This document shows positions 53,219 through 62,936 of a stretch of 64,000 bases of DNA, piece after piece. Origin of the DNA: an uncultured Acidobacteriota bacterium (GTDB taxonomy: Bacteria; Acidobacteriota; UBA6911); the NCBI GenBank assembly GCA_963809485.1, contig CAWEJX010000006.1:64001-128000 (forward strand), read 5' to 3'. The stretch's first letter is position 1, and each line of letters starts with the position of its first letter. The notes under the pieces were generated by a model, which saw only the letters and a list, made by a program, of their open reading frames with translations, had not been told where the DNA came from and did no database searches. Position numbers and translations under genes: made by a program.

Positions 53219-53580
53219 CTTCCTCACCACACTTTCTTCCTGCTGCCGGTTCTTCCATCCGCTGCGGATCACGAATCTGCGAGGTTCGTGGTCCAGCCGG
53301 ACGGCGGACCTGTGTAGCGGATGCCTCGCCGATCATAGTCCAAAGCCGGGCTTTTTCGAAAGCAAAATGTCGGCGCGAAAATCGTCGTAATGGCGGCAAA
53401 AAGGGTTTAAACGAGACCTGCATCCGAGGTTTTTCGGGTGAGGAAAAAACCTGAGAATATCCGTTTGGATTTCAGCCTGCAGGGGCAGGTTTGAGGCTGA
53501 AACCTGTACTTGCCTGCTGAGCGTATGATTCCCCGCCGGAGCCGCCTCGACAGGAAGGCGTGAGAAGAACGGAGTCCTCA

Positions 53581-53612
53581 TCATCCGGCAGAGCCGGGGG
53601 ATCTCCCATTGG
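53581..53612 (-). repeat. Isolated IS200/IS605-end-like hairpin
   Basis: Reverse complement CCAATGGGAGATCCCCCGGCTCTGCCGGATGA resembles 2132-2170. Confidence 0.5.
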
Positions 53613-53613
53613 A

Positions 53614-54702
53614 CTAGTAATAGAAAAACTGGGTCTGGATGACGATCTGATTGCGGTCGGGCGAATTGTCCTTCAGTAGCCGTCCGAATCCCCCTTTGAT
53701 ATTGAGCTTGTGCTTGAGGATCCAGTAGGCCAATCCACCCTGGACTTTTATGTCGTCGGACAAGCCGGGCTTTGTGAAGTCCCGGGAAGCGAATTGGACA
53801 AAAGGCCCGAGTTTTGCCTTCTTGAAGTAATAGGAACCCTCCATCATCCAGGCATTCTGCTGGAGGAGGGATGTAAAAGAGGTCCCGCCGTCGTAGCGGA
53901 TAAAGTCGGCTTGAAACGTGACGGCGTCGCCGTTTGGGAGGGGGTGATCCAAAAACAGATCCACCCCGTTGGCGCTATAGTTGCCCTGACGGTCGATGGT
54001 AGCGCCTATGCTGAGTATTTTCTTCTGTCCGTGGGTTGTCCCCGTGTAGAAAAAGCCCGTGTCCGCTTCGAGCGGATACCATACCACTCGAACCATGTAA
54101 CGATAGGGGAAATCGCCTTCGTGGTTCCGGTTGCCCCGGTAGATGCCGACGCGATATTCAAAATGCTTCTTGATGTAGCCCCGGGCCTGCAGTCCGTAAT
54201 CGCGGCCAAACTTGGAAAATGTCGGGTCGGAGGCCAGAAAAGAGTAGGGCCCGTAATCTATAGCGAGGAGCGTGGCGGCGGATTGTCCGGAGTTGTGGGA
54301 TACCGGGACAATCAGCATCCCTCCGTCGAGCTGGAATTCGGGACGGAAAGCGTAATTGAGGTAAAGGTCCTGCAGGAATATTTCAGAGTTTCTCTTTCCG
54401 TCGAATCCCTCTTTGCCGAGGTTAGGGCTGTCGCTTTCCACGAAGAACGAAAGCTTTGGGGTTATTTTCCCGCCCGCAATAAGCCGGAACCTCCTGAGAA
54501 AGAGATTGTTCAAACTGTCTGTTGCCGACACGTTTTCGAGCGATTCAAATTGCGGTTGTGCCAGAAAGCCGAACGAAACGGAGGTCTTGCCTCCATTCAG
54601 CGTGAATTTCCATGGGGGTCCTGAGGCGTATGCCGGCTGCGGGCCGTGCAAAATAAAAGCCGCCAGACAGGCTGTGAGGCAGATATTGCAAACGAGTTTC
54701 AT
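53614..54702 (-). CDS. Outer-membrane beta-barrel porin (OprO/P-like or short-chain-amide-porin-like)
   Basis: Signal peptide, FLRRFRLI, GRDYG, alternating beta-strands, C-terminal aromatic QFFYY. Confidence 0.75.
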   Translation of the reverse strand: MKLVCNICLTACLAAFILHGPQPAYASGPPWKFTLNGGKTSVSFGFLAQPQFESLENVSATDSLNNLFLRRFRLIAGGKITPKLSFFVESDSPNLGKEGFDGKRNSEIFLQDLYLNYAFRPEFQLDGGMLIVPVSHNSGQSAATLLAIDYGPYSFLASDPTFSKFGRDYGLQARGYIKKHFEYRVGIYRGNRNHEGDFPYRYMVRVVWYPLEADTGFFYTGTTHGQKKILSIGATIDRQGNYSANGVDLFLDHPLPNGDAVTFQADFIRYDGGTSFTSLLQQNAWMMEGSYYFKKAKLGPFVQFASRDFTKPGLSDDIKVQGGLAYWILKHKLNIKGGFGRLLKDNSPDRNQIVIQTQFFYY

Positions 54703-54819
54703 GTTTCGTCCTTCCCGGCGGCCCTCATGCGCGGCAACGGAAGCCGGAGCTTAGGCTGGCGTGCAGCTTCTGCAAGACCGCACGATGGGTCCGGCGCGAT
54801 GCAGAGGACTGGCTTATCC

Positions 54820-54863
54820 AAAAAAACGGCCCACGGAATGAAATTCCCTGCATCCGTGGGCCG
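54820..54863 (-). terminator. Rho-independent terminator after the methyltransferase module
   Basis: CGGCCCACGGA..TCCGTGGGCCG stem followed by a T-tract on the minus strand. Confidence 0.6.
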
Positions 54864-54910
54864 ATGTAAAAAGAGCGGGTTTTCCGGGGAACCGCCCGGT
54901 TGCCGCTCTG

Positions 54911-56260
54911 CTATTTGTATACGCCGTACTCTTTGGTTGTGTCGATGAGGGCGTGCAGATTATCCGCCAGAGCCTCATCCAACACTGCGCCGTTGGACAT
55001 GAAGTATCCGCCGTCGCCGGCCACATCGTCCAGCAGGCGTTTGACACCATCCCTGACCTGCTCAGGCGTTCCCGTCTTTAGCAGCGAAGAAGGGAAGTTG
55101 CCGCCAAAGCAGCCCCAGCCGCCCAGGTATTTCTTCACATTCTTCATGTCGGTCTTGTCGAAGAACCAGATGGTCGTGCCGGCCGGGATGTCGGGATCGG
55201 TGATGATATCCAGCCTCTGGTTATAACCCCCCTCCACGAAGGAATACGGGATCAATCCCTCCTTGATTAGCCCCAGAATCACGGCTTTGTAGGACGGCCA
55301 GTAGAACTTCTTGAAATCGGCAGGGGACATGAAGCTGTCCGCTCCCTTGTGCAGCGGAACGAACACTGTCGGGGGGTCGCCCCATTGCGAATTGCGCACG
55401 CCCATGTCGATCATCAGGGGAATTATGCGTTCGCAAGCTTCAAGTATTTCTTTGGGCTTGCGGAATTTGTCGAGCAGGATTGCGCGCGTGCCGCGCATGG
55501 TGTCCCCGATAACATCCAGCGGCGCTTTCGAGAATGCTCCCTGGAATCCGGGCAATCCCAAAGTGCCCTTGATGGAGTTGCCGATTTCACCGACTTTTGT
55601 GATCCATTCCAGCGAGAGTTTGCCCGCCTCCATGATTTTTTTCAGGCTTTCCTGGACGTGAGGCAAACCGAAATGGAACATTCCCGGGCCGATAAACGGC
55701 AGTTCGAGAAGATCGGTGAACGGAGGAAGCGTGCTCCAGGCCTCGAAGGCTCCGAGAACCCTGGGTAGGTAATAGCGCAGGAAGTAGTCGGAGGGATCAC
55801 GCATGAACTCCGTGTATTCACTCGCCTTCATGAACTCGGCTTCCGCGCACTGGTAGGGGGTGTTTTCCGGTACGCCATGACCGGGCCAGTGGTAGAGCTT
55901 ATAGTCCAGCAGGTCAAACGCCTTGCCTGGGCCGTAGAGCCCCGCGGGCGCCGAGACATCCGGCAGGAAATCGGCGTGGAACTTCATCAGAGCCTTGCCG
56001 AGGATCTCGTAATCGTACATCGGGTCCCTGCAGGTGTAGCCGCCGTAAACGAACGGATAGAAACCGGTCGATATGGAAACCGGCACCCGTTCGGGCTTCT
56101 TCAGCTTGACTATATCAATAAGCATCTGGCAGCGTTTTTTATACGCCTCTTCCATCTGCTTGTTGGCAAACTGAACACCCTCGGGGTTCTGCCAGGCTTT
56201 AAGCCGGGTATCGAGCTTTTCGGATGGTGTAAGTTTGTCAAAATCGGCTGGTTTAGGCAT
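54911..56260 (-). CDS. Uroporphyrinogen decarboxylase/MtaA-CmuA family protein, probable substrate:corrinoid methyltransferase
   Basis: KPERVPV, MRGT, VPLHKG..FMS..FKKFYWP, GGNFP..GTPEQV..GGYFMS; next to a corrinoid protein. Confidence 0.8.
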   Translation of the reverse strand: MPKPADFDKLTPSEKLDTRLKAWQNPEGVQFANKQMEEAYKKRCQMLIDIVKLKKPERVPVSISTGFYPFVYGGYTCRDPMYDYEILGKALMKFHADFLPDVSAPAGLYGPGKAFDLLDYKLYHWPGHGVPENTPYQCAEAEFMKASEYTEFMRDPSDYFLRYYLPRVLGAFEAWSTLPPFTDLLELPFIGPGMFHFGLPHVQESLKKIMEAGKLSLEWITKVGEIGNSIKGTLGLPGFQGAFSKAPLDVIGDTMRGTRAILLDKFRKPKEILEACERIIPLMIDMGVRNSQWGDPPTVFVPLHKGADSFMSPADFKKFYWPSYKAVILGLIKEGLIPYSFVEGGYNQRLDIITDPDIPAGTTIWFFDKTDMKNVKKYLGGWGCFGGNFPSSLLKTGTPEQVRDGVKRLLDDVAGDGGYFMSNGAVLDEALADNLHALIDTTKEYGVYK

Positions 56261-56262
56261 GG

Positions 56263-56901
56263 TTATTTTGCTCCCACCCATCCCTTGGACAGGTTCACCG
56301 CCGCCATGGCATCTTTTCCGTAGGCGTCGGCCTTGGCATAGGCGCAGACCTGGTCATCCATCTGTCCGCCGCCGATCATGATTTTGACGCTGTCGCGCAG
56401 GCCGGCATCCTTGAGAGCCTGGACAGTGTTTTTCATGGGATCGTAGGCAAGCGTCAGGAAGCCGCTGAGCCCGACGACCTGGGGCTTGAAGCTCTTTACT
56501 GCCTCCACGAACTTGGCGGCCGGAACATCCACGCCGAGATCCATCACATCGAAACCGTTGATATCCAGCATGAATACCACGATGTCCTTGGCGATGTCAT
56601 GGATGTCGCCTTCCACTGTGCCGAAGACGATACGGCCCAGTTTCTTCTGAGGCGCGCTGCCCGAGCTCGCGATCTTCGGTTTAACCATCGCCCCGATCTG
56701 CCGCAGCATTTCGCCGGCCAGGATCAGTTCGGGCACGAAGCATTCGCCGGACGCAAACCGGTCTCCGATGATGCCGAGGGCTGTACGGCAATCATCCAGA
56801 AGGCCAACGGGATCCGCGCCTTCGTTCAGCAATTTTTCCGCAATCTTTACGGCATCTTCCTCACGCATATCAACGACGGCATCAATTAATTCTTTCGCCA
56901 T
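56263..56901 (-). CDS. Corrinoid (B12-binding) protein
   Basis: FVPELILAGE cap, GTVEGDIHDIAKDIV (DxHxx), DLGVDV, GLSGFLT, IGGG. Confidence 0.95.
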   Translation of the reverse strand: MAKELIDAVVDMREEDAVKIAEKLLNEGADPVGLLDDCRTALGIIGDRFASGECFVPELILAGEMLRQIGAMVKPKIASSGSAPQKKLGRIVFGTVEGDIHDIAKDIVVFMLDINGFDVMDLGVDVPAAKFVEAVKSFKPQVVGLSGFLTLAYDPMKNTVQALKDAGLRDSVKIMIGGGQMDDQVCAYAKADAYGKDAMAAVNLSKGWVGAK

Positions 56902-56973
56902 GGTGCTCTCCTTTTTTGCTTCCTTTGGGTAAGTGTTACTCAATAATAACCAAAACCAACTTAGACGGGATCT

Positions 56974-57774
56974 CTACTGCTTGTTAAAAACTCCCGCGCG
57001 GAACGCGCGCGTATACTTGAGACAATGCTTGTCATGCCCCAGCAGAAGATCCGTGGCCAGCATCGCGGTCTTGATTTCATGGTCCATCGGATCGCAGATA
57101 GCGCTGTCGAGCCCTGCCTGCATGGAAAGAATCAGAAATACGCGATTGATATAGGAACGGGCGGGCATTCCGAAGGAAATGTTGCTCAACCCGCAGGTCA
57201 CGTGGACTTCCGGGAATTCGCTTCGGATGGAGCGGATGGTGTCGAAGAAAATCAATCCGTTTTCCTGGCCGGTCGAAATCGTCATCGCCAGGGGATCGAA
57301 ATAGAGCTGGTCGTCCGCGATCCCCAGCTTGCGGGTTTCGACGAGCAGCCGGCGAATGACGGACAAGCGGTCTTCTTTTGTTTTGGGGATGCCCTTTTCA
57401 TCCAGGGCCAGAGCAATGGCGGGAGTCTTGTGGGCGGCGACAATCGGCAATACCCCTTGCAGCCTGTGCGGCTCGGCGCTGATCGAGTTGATCATCGGGG
57501 TTTGTTTGACTGCCTTGATCGCCACTTCCAGCGCTTTCGGATTCGCACTGTCCAGGCAGATCGGCTTGTCGGTTACAGCCTGGATATTTTCAACCAGCCA
57601 GATCAGATCGTCCGCTTCGCGGCTTGGATGAGTGCCGGCATTGGCGTCGAGCCAGTCTGCGCCCGCATCTGCCTGCTTCTTTGCCAGGTCCTGGATGAAT
57701 GCTGCGTCGCGTTCCTGAATAGCCTGCGCTACCCGTTTCCGCGTCCCGTTGATTTTTTCTCCAATGATCTTCAA
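56974..57774 (-). CDS. Methylcorrinoid:tetrahydrofolate methyltransferase (AcsE/MeTr-like pterin-binding)
   Basis: IIGEKINGT, LDANAG, CLDS, INSIS, YFDPL, GLSNISFGMP; AAGGAG RBS before TTG. Confidence 0.92.
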   Translation of the reverse strand: MKIIGEKINGTRKRVAQAIQERDAAFIQDLAKKQADAGADWLDANAGTHPSREADDLIWLVENIQAVTDKPICLDSANPKALEVAIKAVKQTPMINSISAEPHRLQGVLPIVAAHKTPAIALALDEKGIPKTKEDRLSVIRRLLVETRKLGIADDQLYFDPLAMTISTGQENGLIFFDTIRSIRSEFPEVHVTCGLSNISFGMPARSYINRVFLILSMQAGLDSAICDPMDHEIKTAMLATDLLLGHDKHCLKYTRAFRAGVFNKQ

Positions 57775-58230
57775 ATGAACTTCTCCTTTCAAAAATCACC
57801 TGCCCGAAGCTGCGCACAGTTCTAAATCTACGAGCTTCACCTCCGGCGAACTCATGCAGGTCCAATATTACCCTATCAAATATCAATAAATAACAAGTAC
57901 TTGGATTATCGAGGGCTTTTGGGGCGGGCGCAGAAAACCAGAGAATCGATCCAAGCCTTATCGATTGTTCCCCAAACAATAAAGTGCCCTATAAAACTGC
58001 CACAGAATTTCGATTTATAGGACATTTTAAGGCGCTACACAAGCGATTTTATTGCCACCGGCATACCAGAAGCAGCGGATCCGGCGCCGCCCATTCCAAA
58101 CCGCACCCATCCTCAGCATTCCACCGGTCCGGCGGCACTCGAATTTCCGCCTGCCAAGCATTGGATTGACACCGGTGTGTCCCATAAAGTACCCTCATAG
58201 TAGTTGTATTCGATAAACTGGAGGTAGCAA

Positions 58231-58419
58231 ATGCCGCATCTCGGTACCACAGAGCTTATAGTCATCCTTGTGATCGTAATCCTGATTTTTGGCGTGAATA
58301 AGATACCGCAGCTGGGCAAGGGGCTCGGCGAAGGCATCCGGAATTTCAAATCCTCGCTGAAAGCAGGCCAGGAAGAGCCGCAGGCGAAAAACGACAAAAA
58401 CGAGCCCAAGGCAGGATAA
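58231..58419 (+). CDS. tatA: Twin-arginine translocase TatA
   Basis: GGAGG RBS; [34 protein letters not shown]. Confidence 0.95.
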   Translation: MPHLGTTELIVILVIVILIFGVNKIPQLGKGLGEGIRNFKSSLKAGQEEPQAKNDKNEPKAG

Positions 58420-58509
58420 TTTCCCAAGAAAGGTCACCCAGACTTCCGCATCCAAGGAATCAGCTGCGCAATCCTCCAGGCAATTCCAGCAAAAGGCTCC
58501 AGGACCCTG

Positions 58510-58735
58510 TAATTCTATTGGTAAATCTGCGGCTCTGCCGGGGGACTCATAGAGTTTGACAGCTCCGTATTTTGAAACGCTGAGATACGCTGACAAAAGC
58601 GCTGACAAACACCGATTTGTTCGGCGAGGGTCGGCTTTTGCCTGCGTAAGTCAGCGTTCAAGACCAGCGTAACTCCTCCAACCGATTTGAGCGGTCCAAT
58701 CTTTCAAGCATCCGGCTTTGCCGGAGGTGCCTGAC
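58510..58735 (+). mobile_element. Non-autonomous IS200/IS605-end element, short form, copy E
   Basis: Near-identical to copy A. Confidence 0.8.
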
Positions 58736-58818
58736 ACTTCGAAATGTTCCGATGCCAACCAATTACCTCCAAACAAAGCGGAGGCCTGGCGGCAGACTGC
58801 TCAAGGCGACGCCCCTAT

Positions 58819-60342
58819 TCAGCGCGAGTCATCCACCAGCTTGTCAACCTCGTGCACGATCTTCAGGCCCTTTTGGACCAGATCCACGCTCTCAACGCGC
58901 GATTTTCGGGCGAACTCCTTGTCTTTTATTCCGGGGATGTTGGTGAGCACGTTGTAGTGGGCGGCCTTAAGCGCGGCAAAGGCAAGCTGAGCGCCGACCG
59001 CCGCGTCGCTTCGGGCGTTGGGATTGCCGATCTCGACCAGCACGCGCACGTCCTCCAGCACGCGGAAGGCTGTGCGGGCCGTGCGGAGCGGGGTTTCGGT
59101 TGCGCCGATCGTCGCCTGCTCGATGGCGCCGGCGCGGATATCCTTCTCTTCTTTTGTTTCCTTTGGCAGTTTGAACGCGCCCAGAAGCGCCTTAAATGCA
59201 AGCGAGTCTTCCTGGACCAGCCCTCGAAGCTGACTGCGGGCCTTTATAAGCCGGGCATGTATTTCCCGTACCTGAGAATCCCGCAAGGCGAATTTCGCTC
59301 TGCCCTCCGTCAAACCGGCCATCATCTCGCCCAGAGCTGCAGCCAATACCCCCGCCAGGGCGGCGACGCTTCCTCCTCCGGGAATGGGCGTATTGGCGGC
59401 CACACTCCCTATGAATTCATCGATCCCATGCCCGCCGGACAGAGCTTCAGACAGGCGGTTTTCCAAAATCTGATTTCGGCTGAAATTCTCAAGACGCAGG
59501 TGGTATTCGGCAGAACCATCCAGGGCCTTCTGCGGGATGAGCCCGACGATCTCGCTCGAGGCGACAGAAACGCCGTAGCGGGCGGCCTCCCTGCAGACCA
59601 GGTCGAATACCCTGTAGATCGGGGTCGCTTCATAGTTTGTCAGGTTCATGGAGACCTGCGCCTGGTTCCGGCTTTTAATTTCAAATCCCAGCGCCTTGAC
59701 ATAGCGCAGGCCCCCGGTTGAAAAGCGGATGGAGCGCGCTATTTCCTGCGCGATCTTCAGTTCCGGGGTCCGGAGATAAATATTATAGGCAATCAAGGGG
59801 AAGCGGGCCCCTACGGCCGTCGCTCCCGCAGAGGGATGCACTTTGCAGGGCCCGAAATCGGGCTTGCGCTCGGGATTGCTTTGGATCTCTTCCCTGATTC
59901 CTTCAAACTGGCCTTTGCGCACGTAAGCCAGGTCCTGCCGCGCGGCAATCCGCGCAGACTGGTCATAGAGGTAGGTGGGAATGCCGTAAACCTCTGCTAT
60001 GTCCCGTGCCACCCGGGCCGACAGCTCCACGCATTCCTCCATATTGATGCCGGAAATAGGGATGAAGGGAATGACGTCGGCCGCCCCCATCCTCGGGTGC
60101 TCTCCCTCGTGCTGCCGGAGATCGATGAGTTCGACCGCTTTGCCGACCGCCCGAAGGACGCCGCGAGCGACGGCCTCGGGATCCCCGGCGACCGAGATCA
60201 CGCAGCGATTGTGTGCTGCGTCCATCTCGGTATCCAGCAGTGCGACATCCGGTTCTGCGGTCAGGGCGGAAGCCAGCGCTTCGACGGTCGCCTGGTTTCT
60301 GCCTTCACTGAAGTTGGGCACGCATTCCACGATTGTTTTCAA
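58819..60342 (-). CDS. ftcD: Glutamate formimidoyltransferase/cyclodeaminase (bifunctional)
   Basis: IVECVPNFSEGR, HNR, HPRMGA, QVSMNL, PGGGSVAAL, GNPNARSD. Confidence 0.95.
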   Translation of the reverse strand: MKTIVECVPNFSEGRNQATVEALASALTAEPDVALLDTEMDAAHNRCVISVAGDPEAVARGVLRAVGKAVELIDLRQHEGEHPRMGAADVIPFIPISGINMEECVELSARVARDIAEVYGIPTYLYDQSARIAARQDLAYVRKGQFEGIREEIQSNPERKPDFGPCKVHPSAGATAVGARFPLIAYNIYLRTPELKIAQEIARSIRFSTGGLRYVKALGFEIKSRNQAQVSMNLTNYEATPIYRVFDLVCREAARYGVSVASSEIVGLIPQKALDGSAEYHLRLENFSRNQILENRLSEALSGGHGIDEFIGSVAANTPIPGGGSVAALAGVLAAALGEMMAGLTEGRAKFALRDSQVREIHARLIKARSQLRGLVQEDSLAFKALLGAFKLPKETKEEKDIRAGAIEQATIGATETPLRTARTAFRVLEDVRVLVEIGNPNARSDAAVGAQLAFAALKAAHYNVLTNIPGIKDKEFARKSRVESVDLVQKGLKIVHEVDKLVDDSR

Positions 60343-61604
60343 GGCTGCTCCAATCGGTTGATGACGATGTTTCCCTTTTTTATAGTGACGACACAATGGT
60401 TGATGCCGAAAAAGTAAGGCAGTTCGCGATAGTCCGATACGTCCATTAGAACGATATCCGCCTGCTTCCCCTCCTCGATCGTTCCCAGCCGATCGGAAAT
60501 TCCGAGGGAATAGGCGCTGTTAACTGTCGCTGCCGCAATGGCTTCGGCCGGGGTCATTTGCATTTGAGTACAGGCAAAGGCGAGGATGAGCTGCATGTTC
60601 AGATTGAAGCACGTGCCGGGATTAAAATCGGTAGCCAGCGCCACCGGCACCCCCGCATCAATGAGCTTCCGGGCCGGTGCATAGCGCCTCGATCCAAGAT
60701 TGAAAGCGGTTCCGGGAAGAAGCGTCGCCACCGTGCCCGCCTGCTTCAATGCCCCGATATCGGCGTCGTCAATCCATAGAAGGTGATCCGCGCTGCGCGC
60801 CCCCAATTCGGCGGCCAGTCTGGCCCCTCCGCTGTGTCCCAGTTCGTCCGCATGAATTCTCATGCCCAGCCCCGCATCCCTGGCTGCCAGCAGAATGGAA
60901 CGGGCTTCTTCCACCGTGAAATAGCCGGCCTCGCAAAACACATCGCAAAATTGCGCAAGCCCCTCCTGAGCGACGCGCGGGATCATTTCCTCGATGATGT
61001 TGCGGATATACCGGTCTCGCGAGTGCGCATATTCTTCCGGAACGGCATGAGCTCCCAAAAAAGTCGGCACGACTTCCAGGCGATTGCTCTCACGCAGGGC
61101 GGCCAGGACCTGCAGGCTCTTTAACTCGTCCTCCAGGCTCAATCCGTATCCGCTTTTTGCTTCAATCGTTGTTGTTCCGTGCGAGAGAAAGTGGCGGAAG
61201 TATCGCTCGGTTCTTTGCAGAAGCTGATGCGGGGCGGCAGCGCGCAACTGCTCGACGCTGGCCGCAATTCCTCCGCCGGCGGCCGCAATCTCCTGGTAGC
61301 TCTTTCCCTGGCAGCGAAGATCATATTCCTGCGCGCGGGTACCGGCAAAAACAGGGTGCGTGTGCGAATCGACAAATCCGGGCATGGCCAACAGGTCCAG
61401 GCCGACTCCATCGAGGATCTGATACCTAGCGCCCAGCTCTCCCACCGGGATATCCCTGGTTGAGCCGACCCATACGATGCGTTCGCCGCGAATGAGCAAG
61501 GCGCCGTTCTCCATGATTCCGAGTTCGGACATGGAAGCCCCTGTCCGGGGCACTGGTTCCCCCCGGAGCGTAACAATTTGAGCAATATTCTTCAGAAGAA
61601 GCAT
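60339..61604 (-). CDS. hutI: Imidazolonepropionase
   Basis: PGFVDSHTH, GGGI, EAKSGYGL, GAHA, DVFCE, HADEL, ATDFNPG. Confidence 0.95.
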   Translation of the reverse strand: MLLLKNIAQIVTLRGEPVPRTGASMSELGIMENGALLIRGERIVWVGSTRDIPVGELGARYQILDGVGLDLLAMPGFVDSHTHPVFAGTRAQEYDLRCQGKSYQEIAAAGGGIAASVEQLRAAAPHQLLQRTERYFRHFLSHGTTTIEAKSGYGLSLEDELKSLQVLAALRESNRLEVVPTFLGAHAVPEEYAHSRDRYIRNIIEEMIPRVAQEGLAQFCDVFCEAGYFTVEEARSILLAARDAGLGMRIHADELGHSGGARLAAELGARSADHLLWIDDADIGALKQAGTVATLLPGTAFNLGSRRYAPARKLIDAGVPVALATDFNPGTCFNLNMQLILAFACTQMQMTPAEAIAAATVNSAYSLGISDRLGTIEEGKQADIVLMDVSDYRELPYFFGINHCVVTIKKGNIVINRLEQP

Positions 61605-61694
61605 AACGGATCCCTGACTTGCACCTGCACTGGCGTCGCAAATCGCAAACTGTATACCAAACCTTTTCTGAAAAAAGCACAAAAACGAAAAGGC

Positions 61695-62936
61695 TCAGTG
61701 GATCCTAATGGCGGCAAACGTCACGGCAGCGCCTGCCTCCGCATCGGACCACTGCCGGTACCGGATCAGTTTCCCCATGGGCTTATCGATGCACCGCAGT
61801 GTCATGTAGATGGGAGGGTAGCCGCAGATTCTGCGGCTGTCGTTATCGGCGGCAACAGACTGGAAAACGCCCTCTGCGTCACCTCGTTCCACAAGCTTCA
61901 GGAAATCCAGGTCCTTCTGTTCCACTTCACGGAGCGAGTGCGCGGTTGGCCCGGAGGGATCTCCAAATCTTCGTCCCACATGCGCCAGGTCGGCACCGGC
62001 TATCACGCAGAAGCGTCCTTTCGTCTCGCCCATGGTTTCCCAGAGGGCGTCCACAACTCTCCCAATTTCGGGATCCTCCGCGGCCGTTCTCCCCCGGGCA
62101 TAGATGTCATGAAACGAATTGACCAGGATCGGCACTATTTTGAAATCCTGCCGCGGTTCCAGCATATATTTCAAAAATATGGCCTGAAATTCGATCGAGT
62201 GCTCTCCCCTGTGAGGAAAATCATCCGCGTATTCGCCGTTCAGCCTGGCCGAAAGCCGAGCCGCAAAATCCTTGTCTGTCACCGCGGGCCCCATCGGGGT
62301 TTCATAGTCCTTGCCCGAGATGGAAAAACGCCGCGGCATGGGTGTGTGGCAGGTCCCGAAAATGATGAAGGTGTCCGCTATCGGGGCGCAGGAAAGTGCG
62401 TGATATGCGTGGGCATAGACAGGGCCGCCTCGGGTGAAGTCGATATGAGGGGCGATCAAGCCGCGCAACGGCTCCGCTGCGACGGGCTGCGCATCGTCCC
62501 CCGGGCCTTCGGGGGAATCGAAATAGCCCCGGATCTGGGATCGGAGCGCTTCGGCATCCTTCGGATAAGAGGCGCCGGCGTGGCAGGCCGGACGCGACGG
62601 AGATGCGCGAAATTTCTCGATAAGCGCCCGGTAGAAGCCCCCGAATGTCGGTCCATCCAGGTAGAGATGGTCATCCAGCTGGGTGACGAGGCTCTCGATG
62701 TTTTCCATCGGCAGGATTTCTCCTGTTGCCCGGAGGAAATCCGCTTGAATGTCGCGCAGGGAATGCTTGCCGTCCATACGGGAGATCAGGAACAGAAGGA
62801 ACCGGTTGAGGTATATCGGTTGCTCCGCCAGGTTTTGCGGATCCTGAAGGCAAACCAAATCCTGGCCGTCCATGCGGATCGGGAAAGCTTCGACCGGCCG
62901 GAGACGGGGGTGCAGAAGGTGTTCGGCTTCTAGCAT
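61695..62936 (-). CDS. AmmeMemoRadiSam protein B (MEMO1 family) with extra N-terminal domain
   Basis: HAGASYP, IAPHID, EHSIEFQ, DLAHVG, RICG. Confidence 0.85.
   Translation of the reverse strand: MLEAEHLLHPRLRPVEAFPIRMDGQDLVCLQDPQNLAEQPIYLNRFLLFLISRMDGKHSLRDIQADFLRATGEILPMENIESLVTQLDDHLYLDGPTFGGFYRALIEKFRASPSRPACHAGASYPKDAEALRSQIRGYFDSPEGPGDDAQPVAAEPLRGLIAPHIDFTRGGPVYAHAYHALSCAPIADTFIIFGTCHTPMPRRFSISGKDYETPMGPAVTDKDFAARLSARLNGEYADDFPHRGEHSIEFQAIFLKYMLEPRQDFKIVPILVNSFHDIYARGRTAAEDPEIGRVVDALWETMGETKGRFCVIAGADLAHVGRRFGDPSGPTAHSLREVEQKDLDFLKLVERGDAEGVFQSVAADNDSRRICGYPPIYMTLRCIDKPMGKLIRYRQWSDAEAGAAVTFAAIRIH

Noticed and set aside
57860-58200. Cobalamin riboswitch or sigma-54 promoter before the corrinoid operon
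   Set aside because: No B12-box or GGGAA core and no correctly spaced GG-N10-GC found.
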